This document shows positions 51,788-60,486 of a DNA stretch of 64,000 nt, one piece after another (the first letter of the stretch is position 1; each line of letters opens with the position of its first letter). The notes under the pieces are model-generated. The model had not been told where the DNA came from. It ran no database searches and saw only the letters and a program-made list of their open reading frames with translations. The stretch comes from Actinomycetales bacterium (GTDB lineage Bacteria; Actinomycetota; Actinomycetes; Nanopelagicales; Nanopelagicaceae). Position numbers and translations under genes: made by a program. The stretch is taken from the NCBI GenBank assembly GCA_046080845.1, contig JBJTUU010000032.1, forward strand, positions 906-64,905. Reading direction: 5' to 3'.

Positions 51788-52404
51788 TGATGCAGTAAGC
51801 CGAATTTACGCGCCGCATTAATCGCTTGTACTCGATTTGTGGCACCGAGCTTGCGATATATCGAAGCTAGGTGAGTCTTGATTGTAGATTCTGTGACAAA
51901 TGGCCGACTCGCCATTTCCGACACAGTGTCACCAGTTGGAAGAATTTCCAAAATTTCTAATTCGCGAGCGGTCAAGCCAACCCTTTGATTTCGCAGAGAA
52001 ATAGCATCAGTAATCTTGCGAGCGGTAAAGGTGAGGGGTTGTTCCGAACTTGTCTTAATTGCTGTGACCAATTCACCGATCGGCGCTGATTTGTCTACAT
52101 AGGAACTGGCTCCAGATTGCATACAGGCGAGAATATGCTCTGGAAACCTAGAGAAAGTCAGGGCCACTATTCCCATTTCTTGAAAAAGGGCACGCGCCCA
52201 AGCTATTGCCTCTAGCCCGTTTCCATCAGGTAGATGGAGATCAACAACCAAGACATCAGGATTGTGATGCGGAATTTGAACCAACGCTTCTCGTTTTGAG
52301 GCCGCTTCACCAACTATTGAGAAGGTATTTTCTCTCGAAAGTGCTCTGCGTAATCCCTCTCGGACGAGAATATGGTCGTCAACGACCAGTATGCGCAACG
52401 TCAT
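51784..52404 (-). CDS. NarL/LuxR-family response regulator
   Basis: REC domain (VVDDH, phospho-Asp in VVDLHLPDG, conserved K in YVDKS) plus a LuxR HTH (LTARELEIL...TIKTHLASIYRKLG). Confidence 0.9.
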   Translation of the reverse strand: MTLRILVVDDHILVREGLRRALSRENTFSIVGEAASKREALVQIPHHNPDVLVVDLHLPDGNGLEAIAWARALFQEMGIVALTFSRFPEHILACMQSGASSYVDKSAPIGELVTAIKTSSEQPLTFTARKITDAISLRNQRVGLTARELEILEILPTGDTVSEMASRPFVTESTIKTHLASIYRKLGATNRVQAINAARKFGLLHH

Positions 52405-52961
52405 TTCAGATCTAATTCTAGAAAATATCTAGACCCGGAGTTATCAGATTCCCAGCGGACTGACCCACCGAGCGCTGCTATTGCCTCTTGAATATTGCGC
52501 ACGCCAAATGACCTATCGGCATGCGAAATACCTCCGACACCGTTATCAGAGATTCTTATTTCAAGCGAATGATTACTAAAAGTAAAGTCAACTTTAAACT
52601 CAGTACATCGAGAATGGCGAGCGCTATTTCGCGCCGCTTCTCGGACTGACCTGACAATCGCATCTTCAACTTCTATATCCATTTGAAACGTGGGAAGTTG
52701 CAGTTTAATCTCTTGGCAAGCGAGTACTTCTTTTAGAATATCTGGAAGCTCTTGAATTCTTAACTTATGTAGTAAATAGATCTCATCGCGCAGCGAACGA
52801 CTCAATCCGAGTAGCTCCAAACGGATCTCCCGCAACCGCAGTCGAGATTCTGCAGTTAGATTTGGATTTGCGATTACCTCATCTAGAGAAAGCCCGAGGG
52901 CAACAATCTGTTGCGCCGGGCCATCGTGGAGCCGGCGTGCAAGGTCTAACCGATTAGGCAA
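52401..52961 (-). CDS. Minimal HisKA_3-type histidine kinase lacking any sensor or TM region
   Basis: 186 aa, TTG start. H-box LARRLHDGPAQ at residues 7-17, N-box REAARNSARHS, G1 DNGVG and a G2-like GVRNIQE. ATGA overlap with the RR start and 8-nt overlap with the fadD stop. Confidence 0.7.
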   Translation of the reverse strand: MPNRLDLARRLHDGPAQQIVALGLSLDEVIANPNLTAESRLRLREIRLELLGLSRSLRDEIYLLHKLRIQELPDILKEVLACQEIKLQLPTFQMDIEVEDAIVRSVREAARNSARHSRCTEFKVDFTFSNHSLEIRISDNGVGGISHADRSFGVRNIQEAIAALGGSVRWESDNSGSRYFLELDLK

Positions 52962-54741
52962 AGAGCTCTGCTATTTCGGCGGCAAACTCCTTTTGTACGA
53001 CATGTCGCTTCACCGAGAGTTTGGCAGTTAGATGGCCACCGGCGATTGTGAAGTCGACCGGAAGTATCTTGAATCTTCGGATTGATTCTGCGCGGCTGAC
53101 CGCTTTATTTGCTTCGTCTACCGCGGTCTGGATAACCGAGATCAAATCCGGGTCATTGATTAAATCAGGCACGGTGGCTCCGTCTTTCTTATTTGCAGTA
53201 ATCCATCCCTTAATTGATTCCGAATCAATTGTGACTAGCGCTGCGATATATGGCTGGTTATCACCGACAACTATGCATTGGCTAATCAGCGGATGAGCGC
53301 GCAATCTATCTTCGAGGACTGCAGGCGCAACGTTCTTACCTCCCGAAGTAACAATCAATTCTTTCTTTCGGCCGACGATGTAGAGATAACCCTCATCATC
53401 AAGTTTGCCTAAATCACCTGATTTGAAGTAACCATCTTGAGAAAATACTTCGCTATTGGCGGCATCGTTCTGCCAGTACCCGCGCATGACAATCGGACCT
53501 TTGATTAGAACTTCGCCATCATCGGCGATCTTGATTGTGGTTCCAGGTATGGGTCGACCCACAGAACCGACTTTGTGCGCAGTTGTTAAATTCAAAGTTG
53601 CACCTGCGGTAGTTTCAGTTAAACCGTAACCTTCAAGAACTCTTACGCCAGCGCCACGGAAGAAGTGGCCCAGTCGCTCCCCAAGAGGTGCGCCGCCAGA
53701 TATCGCGGCCTCAACTCGACCACCTAATCCATGTCTAATTTTGGAAAAAACCAATCGATCAAAGAGCGCATGCTTAACTTTCAAACCTAATGGAATCTTT
53801 CCCTCGTCCAGAGAGCGGCTATATTCGATAGCAATTTCGGCAGCTTTGCGGAAGATAGAGCCTTTCCCAGCCGCATCTGCTTTTGCCTCAGCGCTGTTAT
53901 AAACCTTTTCAAAAATTCGAGGAACTGCCAGTACGAAGGTTGGCTTGAATGAAGCGAGATCTGTGGTGAGCCTTCCGAGAACATCACCGCAATGTGCCAA
54001 GTGAAGACCAGCCCGGAGCGAACCAATTTGAACCATACGACCAAAAACGTGTGCCACTGGCAAGAAGAGCAAGGTTGAGCCGCCCGGTTTCAAAAATAAA
54101 TCAGAGGCGCCCATGACCACATTTCCGCACTCAGATAAGAAGTTGCCATGGGTGAGCTGTACCCCTTTTGGTTTTCCAGTTGTGCCAGAGGTGTAAATCA
54201 AAGTTGCTAACGAATCTGGAGTTAGCGCTCCGCGGCGACGATCAATCTCGCCATCTGAAATATCTCTGCCTAAATACGCCAACTGCGAGAGAACGTTCTC
54301 GGTCATGGTCCAACAATTCTTGGTAAAGCTGGGTAATACTGGTGTAACTAAGTCTTTCAATTGGGGCGTCTCAACAATAATTGCAACTGAATGTGAATCC
54401 GAGAGAATCCAATCAACCTGTTCCGCAGAAGATGTTTCATAAATTGGAACTGGAACACCGCCAGCAAACCAAATTGCAAAATCAAGAATGGTCCACTCGT
54501 ATCGAGTACGAGCCATAATTGCTACTCGATCGCCAATTTCAACGCCAGAGGCAATTAAGCCTTTTGCGGTTGCCCTGACTTCTGCTTCTAACTCGCGCGC
54601 ATTTACTGGTTGCCATCCATCACCTAGTGGGCGAGAGACCATAATTCGCTCTGGCTCAAACCAGGCGCGTTCTGCAATTAGATTAGTTAAGTTTCCAGCG
54701 GTGGCTGCTGGTTCGAGGGCGGGAACGAAGAATTCAGTCAT
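52954..54741 (-). CDS. fadD: Long-chain fatty-acid--CoA ligase (FadD15-like)
   Basis: 595 aa with the AMP-binding motif IYTSGTTGKPKGV, plus YGLTET and GDLG motifs. Confidence 0.9.
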   Translation of the reverse strand: MTEFFVPALEPAATAGNLTNLIAERAWFEPERIMVSRPLGDGWQPVNARELEAEVRATAKGLIASGVEIGDRVAIMARTRYEWTILDFAIWFAGGVPVPIYETSSAEQVDWILSDSHSVAIIVETPQLKDLVTPVLPSFTKNCWTMTENVLSQLAYLGRDISDGEIDRRRGALTPDSLATLIYTSGTTGKPKGVQLTHGNFLSECGNVVMGASDLFLKPGGSTLLFLPVAHVFGRMVQIGSLRAGLHLAHCGDVLGRLTTDLASFKPTFVLAVPRIFEKVYNSAEAKADAAGKGSIFRKAAEIAIEYSRSLDEGKIPLGLKVKHALFDRLVFSKIRHGLGGRVEAAISGGAPLGERLGHFFRGAGVRVLEGYGLTETTAGATLNLTTAHKVGSVGRPIPGTTIKIADDGEVLIKGPIVMRGYWQNDAANSEVFSQDGYFKSGDLGKLDDEGYLYIVGRKKELIVTSGGKNVAPAVLEDRLRAHPLISQCIVVGDNQPYIAALVTIDSESIKGWITANKKDGATVPDLINDPDLISVIQTAVDEANKAVSRAESIRRFKILPVDFTIAGGHLTAKLSVKRHVVQKEFAAEIAELFA

Positions 54742-54792
54742 GGTGGCAAACTACTGGTAGAGAAGGGGTATCGGAAGAGGTAACCTCACCCC

Positions 54793-55227
54793 ATGGCAGA
54801 TTTCTCCGCAAACTCAGTAACAATTGAAGCCCCAGCTAGCGAAGTCGCAGCCGTTCTAGCCGATCTTGAGGGTTTTCCCAGTTGGTCTTCGGCAATCAAG
54901 CAAGTCGAAGTTCACGATCGGGATAGCGCTGTACGTCCAACGTCGGCGACGGTAAAAATTGAGGCCGGAGTCTTAAAAGATCGCGCCAAATTAAATTACG
55001 ACTATTCCGCATTCCCATCTGCTATCTCATTCTCGCTTGAAGAAGCAGACTTGATGACCGAGATGACCGGTAGTTACTCCATCAAGGATGAGGGAGATAG
55101 TTGCATCGTTACCTATAGCTTAAATGTTCAAGTCTCAATGCCAGTTCCTGAGATGATGCGGAAGAAAGCTGAGATGGCAACCATCGATGCCGCGTTAGCA
55201 CAATTAAAGAAGAAATTCGAAAGTTAA
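54793..55227 (+). CDS. SRPBCC (polyketide cyclase/dehydrase-like) family protein
   Basis: 144 aa with a START/Bet v1-like layout. Divergent from fadD, like mycobacterial TB16.3. Confidence 0.65.
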   Translation: MADFSANSVTIEAPASEVAAVLADLEGFPSWSSAIKQVEVHDRDSAVRPTSATVKIEAGVLKDRAKLNYDYSAFPSAISFSLEEADLMTEMTGSYSIKDEGDSCIVTYSLNVQVSMPVPEMMRKKAEMATIDAALAQLKKKFES

Positions 55228-56172
55228 ATGAAGCTGGACATCGGTATCGATGTCGGTGGGACGAAAGTTCTGGCTGGGGTCGTTGACGCAACTGGCCGAA
55301 TAGTTGAGCAGACCAGATCAGAGACGCCGCTCGAAGGTGGAGCTGCACTGACCAAAGTAATTGCCGATCAAGCGCTTTCGCTGATTGCAAAATACGAAAT
55401 CGGTGGAATCGGAGTTTGCTCCGCTGGTTTTTTTGCAGCTGACCGCAGATCAATTATCGCAAACCCAAATATTGCCAACTGGAATGGTGTTGCGCTCGCC
55501 GATGATTTAGAGAAATTAATTGGAAAACGAATCACTTTAGAAAATGATGCCAACGCCGCCGCCTGGGGAGAGCGTCAATTTGGCGCCGGCAATAGAAGTG
55601 ATGAGTTAGTCATGTTGACTATTGGAACCGGACTTGGTGGCGGATTCATAACTGATGGGAAAATCTTCCGTGGTTCACGAGGCGCCGCAGCGGAATTTGG
55701 ACATATGCGCGCCGTGCCAGATGGGCAAATTTGCGGTTGCGGATTACGTGGCTGTTTTGAGCAATACGCTTCAGGTTCTGCGTTGATGCGCCACGCGCGA
55801 GAAGCAATCGCAGCATCACCAGATTTAGCGAGAGCCTTATTAGCTAGCGCTGGTTCGGAAGGACTTACCGGAACGCTCCTAACTGAGGCAGCTAAATCAG
55901 GCGATCCGGTAGCGGTATCTGCCTTTAACACAACGGGGCGCTGGATTGGTATTTTGATTGCCAATCTTGAATCGGCGCTAGACCCAAATCGAATTGTGAT
56001 TGGCGGCGGCGTAATTGCGGCTGGTGAAATCTTGTTGAATCCCATTCGAGATGCGATGCGTGAATTTTCCCCGTTCCGTGGCCGACGTGAGCTCCCAGAA
56101 CTTGCGGCAGCAACTTTAGGAAATGAGGCCGGCTTGATTGGGGTGGCAAACCTCGCAAGAGGTGGCGTCTAG
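55228..56172 (+). CDS. glk: ROK-family glucokinase
   Basis: N-terminal IGIDVGGTK, ROK signature and a zinc motif (CGCGLRGCFEQYASG). Confidence 0.8.
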   Translation: MKLDIGIDVGGTKVLAGVVDATGRIVEQTRSETPLEGGAALTKVIADQALSLIAKYEIGGIGVCSAGFFAADRRSIIANPNIANWNGVALADDLEKLIGKRITLENDANAAAWGERQFGAGNRSDELVMLTIGTGLGGGFITDGKIFRGSRGAAAEFGHMRAVPDGQICGCGLRGCFEQYASGSALMRHAREAIAASPDLARALLASAGSEGLTGTLLTEAAKSGDPVAVSAFNTTGRWIGILIANLESALDPNRIVIGGGVIAAGEILLNPIRDAMREFSPFRGRRELPELAAATLGNEAGLIGVANLARGGV

Positions 56173-57152
56173 CGCTGCAATTCGAAGGGATAGCGAAGAC
56201 CAATCTGATTTCTTACCGAATCCATCATCTCCATAATAGATAAACTTTCGGAAAGACTCATGATTTCACTTTCTTGCTTGCCAGATTCAACTAGCTTTGC
56301 AAACTCAATTGCCTGTTCTCGCAAACCATGTCCACGGTAATTATTCGAATATTCCTGTGCTTTTCCAGATTTCAGGGTTCGCATCGTTGTTGGAGTGTAA
56401 AAATTGCTATCAATCTCGACCCTTCCTAGTTCACCAACAATGGTCGCGGTACATGGCGTGCGAACCAAGAGCGTTGTATTCATGAGCGAGTGAGCACCAT
56501 TTTGGAAGGTAAAAATCATTGAGGTTTGGGCGTCGACACCAGATTGATTTAAATTTCCAGATGCCAATATCTTCTGCGGCACACCTAGCAACATCGAAGT
56601 AAGCGAAATCGGGTATACCCCAAGATCAAGTAAAGCGCCGCCGGCAAGTTCGGGTGCATGCAATCGATAATATGGATCTTTGGGGAGCGGTTGTCCGTGA
56701 TCTGCTTGAATTGAGATTAGATTGCCAATCTCGCCATTTCTCACGATCGTTCGCAGAATCTCGTAATGTGGCAAGAATCGACTCCACATCGCCTCCATCA
56801 GCAGCACTTGATTCTTGCGAGCAACTGCAATCATCTGTCGAGCTTCCAGGGCGTTAACGCAAAACGGTTTCTCTACCAAGACCGGTTTCTTAGCGCTCAG
56901 TGCCAAGATTGCATTTTCAGCGTGAAGAGAGTGGGGCGTCGCCACATAAACGCCATCGATATCTGCAGAAACTAACGCTTCATAACTACCAATTGGTATC
57001 GCATTGAACTCATCGGCCAAGGCTTGGGCTTTGCTTAAAGTTCGAGAGCCAAAATGTGTAACTTTATGGTCGGTCGTTAGTTCTAAATCTTTCGCAAAAG
57101 CGCGCGCAATCCCGCCCGTACCAATTACTCCCCAGCGGAATCTCGTACTCAT
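56169..57152 (-). CDS. Gfo/Idh/MocA-family oxidoreductase
   Basis: N-terminal Rossmann motif (WGVIGTGGIARAF) and an EKP motif (VLVEKPF). Confidence 0.85.
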   Translation of the reverse strand: MSTRFRWGVIGTGGIARAFAKDLELTTDHKVTHFGSRTLSKAQALADEFNAIPIGSYEALVSADIDGVYVATPHSLHAENAILALSAKKPVLVEKPFCVNALEARQMIAVARKNQVLLMEAMWSRFLPHYEILRTIVRNGEIGNLISIQADHGQPLPKDPYYRLHAPELAGGALLDLGVYPISLTSMLLGVPQKILASGNLNQSGVDAQTSMIFTFQNGAHSLMNTTLLVRTPCTATIVGELGRVEIDSNFYTPTTMRTLKSGKAQEYSNNYRGHGLREQAIEFAKLVESGKQESEIMSLSESLSIMEMMDSVRNQIGLRYPFELQR

Positions 57153-58237
57153 AGAGCTATTCCATCACCTTCATCGTTCTCAGGTTTCATCTGCCAGAAG
57201 AAAGTCACAACTCCCGCAATCATGGCTAGCGCTCCTGGCCAGAAGCCGATACCCAAAAGATCTATTGGCGTTACAGCTGTAATCAATATATAAATCGGTC
57301 CGCCAATAACGCCGACTAAGGCGGCTCTTTGGGTAGAAGTTAAAGTTGGTAGCGGCTGGTTATCGCCCTCGTAACGTTCCGTTGCAGCGGTTTCCAATTC
57401 GTCTAAATAATCAGTGGGTGCCGATTCATCTAACGAGAGACCGGCGACGATTGAATCGAATTCATCTGCTACGAGCGATTCAGTTGCTAACTCTCCAGTT
57501 AGGACATCTTCAATGAAAGAGAGTGATTCTGAGATGAGTATGGGCAAATCGAAGTCTAGCGCCACATTGTGAAATGAATTTTCAAAGATTACTTCTCGAA
57601 TATCGACTGAGGCAACGTTATCAATTACCATTTCGGAAAACTTAGGATCGACGACGTGATCTTGAGGCGAATAGCCAATCATTAACGGAGCTTCAATCTT
57701 CGGAAGTTCACTTTTTACAACTCGCCAAAGTTTTTGCAACGAGTGCAGCGCCTTTAGTGGAGTTCGTCCGTAGCTGTGGCGCGGTGGATTTGGTGCGGCG
57801 ACATCAGTGCCACGTCCGGCAATTGATGGAACTACATATTTAATTATCGGAACTAGCCCCATAATAAAACGATCATCGCCAATTGAGGGATTAATAAGGA
57901 TTAAACCTTCAATTTGTTGCCCCATGAGGGCAGTTAAATGAATCGCAAGTGCGCCGCCCATGGAGAAACCGGCCACAAAGATTCGTTGATGGCTCTGACG
58001 TAATTCTTGAAACGCTTGCGAAACTTCAGCAAACCATTGCTGCCAGGTAGTTTCATTCATCTCGGTCCAGCTAGTGCCGTGCCCAGGCAATCGTGGCGCT
58101 TTAACGGTGTAACCAGCTTGATGTAAACCTTCTGCCCAAGGACGGATTGATGCTGGTGAACCAGAGAAACCATGAATCATCAAAACTGCAATCTGGTTGC
58201 CAGATAAGTGAAATGGCTCGGCATTTGGGATGCTCAC
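57149..58237 (-). CDS. Alpha/beta-hydrolase (Est-type carboxylesterase/lysophospholipase) fused to a C-terminal acidic linker and two-helix membrane module
   Basis: GTG start. HGFSGSP, nucleophile elbow GFSMGG, and Asp (SPQDHVV) and His (SFHNVA) triad candidates. The last 110 aa or so contain an acidic linker plus two hydrophobic helices. Confidence 0.8.
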   Translation of the reverse strand: MSIPNAEPFHLSGNQIAVLMIHGFSGSPASIRPWAEGLHQAGYTVKAPRLPGHGTSWTEMNETTWQQWFAEVSQAFQELRQSHQRIFVAGFSMGGALAIHLTALMGQQIEGLILINPSIGDDRFIMGLVPIIKYVVPSIAGRGTDVAAPNPPRHSYGRTPLKALHSLQKLWRVVKSELPKIEAPLMIGYSPQDHVVDPKFSEMVIDNVASVDIREVIFENSFHNVALDFDLPILISESLSFIEDVLTGELATESLVADEFDSIVAGLSLDESAPTDYLDELETAATERYEGDNQPLPTLTSTQRAALVGVIGGPIYILITAVTPIDLLGIGFWPGALAMIAGVVTFFWQMKPENDEGDGIAL

Positions 58238-58295
58238 ACGCTCGATTTTGTCACAGGTTTGTCAGACCAAGGCACCAGGGTCGTAAATTGACCCT

Positions 58296-59057
58296 ATGGC
58301 GCTACGGAGGAAATCATCGGCGGTGTCCGGCGACAAGGTTGCCTACGGACTTCTCAAATCTTTCTTGATGCCAGTTTTGACATTGCTCTTTCGGCCCAAG
58401 GTGAGCGGCCTGCGAAATGTTCCAGCGCAAGGGCCAGTAATAATTGCTTCGAATCATCTTTCATTTAGCGACTCCATCTTCATGCCATTAGTAGTTCCGA
58501 GAAAAGTTACCTTTCTTGCCAAGAGCGAATACTTCACATCGCCGGGTCCTAAGGGATTGCTAAAGCGATTGACTTTTATTGCCCTAGGGCAAGTTCCGGT
58601 AGATCGAGCCGGTGGTTCGAAATCTGAAGCGGCGCTTCTAACTGGGTTGTCCGTACTCGCAGATGGTGAATGTTTAGGAATCTATCCTGAGGGAACGAGA
58701 TCTCCTGATGGCCGGCTCTACCGCGGCCGAACTGGTATCGCAAGGCTCGCCTATGAATCGGGGGCTCCAGTTATTCCAGTTGCCATGTTTAACACCGCCG
58801 AGATTCAACCAACCGGAAAAGTAATCCCAAAAATCCTTAGAGTAGAGATGAAGTTTGGTGAGCCTATGTATTTTCAAGGCGCTGAGAATGGAAGTAATCC
58901 GGAGAAATTGCGACAGGCTACCGATCAAATTATGAAGAAACTACAAGAGATGTCTGGCCAGGAATATGTTGATATTTATGCTTCGCAGGCAAAAGAAGCG
59001 ATAGAAGAAGAGCGTAAGAAGAAAGCAGCGCCGAAGCGGCGCCGACGCGATCGCTAA
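58296..59057 (+). CDS. Lysophospholipid (1-acylglycerol-3-phosphate) acyltransferase, second PlsC paralog
   Basis: HX4D motif (NHLSFSDS), a YPEGTRS block and a basic C-terminal tail. Confidence 0.8.
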   Translation: MALRRKSSAVSGDKVAYGLLKSFLMPVLTLLFRPKVSGLRNVPAQGPVIIASNHLSFSDSIFMPLVVPRKVTFLAKSEYFTSPGPKGLLKRLTFIALGQVPVDRAGGSKSEAALLTGLSVLADGECLGIYPEGTRSPDGRLYRGRTGIARLAYESGAPVIPVAMFNTAEIQPTGKVIPKILRVEMKFGEPMYFQGAENGSNPEKLRQATDQIMKKLQEMSGQEYVDIYASQAKEAIEEERKKKAAPKRRRRDR

Positions 59058-59732
59058 CTATTCAGAGCCAAAAATTTCGCGGCGCTCTGAGATAAATTTG
59101 CAGCTCTCGCAGGCGGTGTCGCGAACTGGAGTTGGCCCAGAGACCATTGAAATGAACTCCGTCAATCTAGCTTGAAGAGCAGCTGGATTGCGCTTAATTG
59201 GGAACCAGGAGCTATTTAATTCAAGATTAAACCCAGAGCTTGGATTGCCAACTGGTCGCTTGGGGGACCAGACCAAGAGCCCAAGAACCGAAACCTTCTT
59301 AGGTTGATCCGAGGCTGGATTTTCTAAAGAGAATGCGTACGCCTCTAATTGGGGAGAGTAGAAATCGCTCTTGTCGTTATCTTTTCCTTGGAATTTGCAA
59401 TCGATAATTCCGTATGTGCCATCTGCAAATTCCATTAATAAGTCGTATTTGCCTCTAATAGCGAATGGGGAGGGCGAACCGTTAAATGGAATTGGGATTG
59501 ATTTAACCCAGCCACCTTTTCCGATCACCTTGCCTTCTGGGATATCTGGGTGAAGATCTTTAGAGGTTGCGCTTGAGAAATGGCCTTCCTGTAGGGCAGA
59601 AAGTTCGCCAACTAGCGGAAAGAAAGAAGGAGCCTTCAATCCATGGTTGTAATTGAGCCAGAGACATCTGTGGCAGTTATCCCAAGCGAAAGTTAGATCA
59701 CTGGGGCTGATGAATTCGCGAGCTTTACTCAT
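59058..59732 (-). CDS. PD-(D/E)XK nuclease-family protein, Cas4-like with four Cys
   Basis: Motifs KYDLL...GIIDCKF (D...DxK) and QLEAYAF (QxxxY), with an N-terminal CHRC and a C-terminal CESC. The ATG at 59732 (MSKAREF) is preferred. By-eye assignment. Confidence 0.55.
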   Translation of the reverse strand: MSKAREFISPSDLTFAWDNCHRCLWLNYNHGLKAPSFFPLVGELSALQEGHFSSATSKDLHPDIPEGKVIGKGGWVKSIPIPFNGSPSPFAIRGKYDLLMEFADGTYGIIDCKFQGKDNDKSDFYSPQLEAYAFSLENPASDQPKKVSVLGLLVWSPKRPVGNPSSGFNLELNSSWFPIKRNPAALQARLTEFISMVSGPTPVRDTACESCKFISERREIFGSE

Positions 59733-59769
59733 AGAGACGATTCTGCCGCCCCGGACTGACAAAATCGGT

Positions 59770-60435
59770 CTACGCCGCGGAGATCAAGGTAAGTAGTCCA
59801 AGCGCAACGATGACGCTGCCACCTAATCGGCGCAAGCGAATTAATCTCATCGGTGAGCTCGCCATCCAAGTTCTTGCAGTTCCGGCCAACAGCCCCCATG
59901 TGCCATCGCCAATAATCGCCAAAATCGCGAAGGTAGCTCCCATTAATAGTAATTGCACGGTGAGGTTGCTGCCGTCCCGATCCAGAAATTGCGGAAGGAT
60001 CGCTGCGAAAAAAACTAGACCTTTTGGATTTAAAGCTCCAACCCAAAACCCATCTCGAATTGATTTGAGGTGGGTTGGTCTAATCTCTCCTTGGTTCACC
60101 ATCTCGGCCGCTTCTACTTTGGAATGTCGCAACGCATCAATTCCAAGATAGATGAGGTAGAGGCCGCCAAGCACTTGTACTGCTAGATATGCAATTTCGC
60201 TCCTCTCCAGAATCGGACCGAGACCAAAAGCAATTAAAATCGAGAGAAAAAACATGCCAAGAGCGTTTCCGACAACTGTGGCAACTGCAGTCGCGCGACC
60301 CCAAGCAATCGCGCGGGCAATTGCGAATAAGACACTTGGACCAGGCGCCAAAATAATCAAGATTGAAGCAATCAGGTATTCGGGATAGCGGCTAGGGAAA
60401 ATCATTTCGCTCAATTCTAGTAGATAATTTTTCAT
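59770..60435 (-). CDS. LysE/RhtB-family amino-acid exporter
   Basis: Six TM helices, with PGP and NPK family motifs. An alternative start at 60405 (MIFPSRY) gives a more typical distance to the PGP motif. Confidence 0.8.
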   Translation of the reverse strand: MKNYLLELSEMIFPSRYPEYLIASILIILAPGPSVLFAIARAIAWGRATAVATVVGNALGMFFLSILIAFGLGPILERSEIAYLAVQVLGGLYLIYLGIDALRHSKVEAAEMVNQGEIRPTHLKSIRDGFWVGALNPKGLVFFAAILPQFLDRDGSNLTVQLLLMGATFAILAIIGDGTWGLLAGTARTWMASSPMRLIRLRRLGGSVIVALGLLTLISAA

Positions 60436-60474
60436 ATAAAAAAATAGAGACAGACCATAGGCCTGTCTCTATTT
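60436..60474 (-). terminator. Rho-independent terminator after the nucleobase permease gene
   Basis: 11-bp perfect stem AATAGAGACAG / CTGTCTCTATT (60443-60453 / 60463-60473). On the minus strand it is followed by TTTTTTTAT. Confidence 0.65.
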
Positions 60475-60486
60475 TGACTAAGTGAT

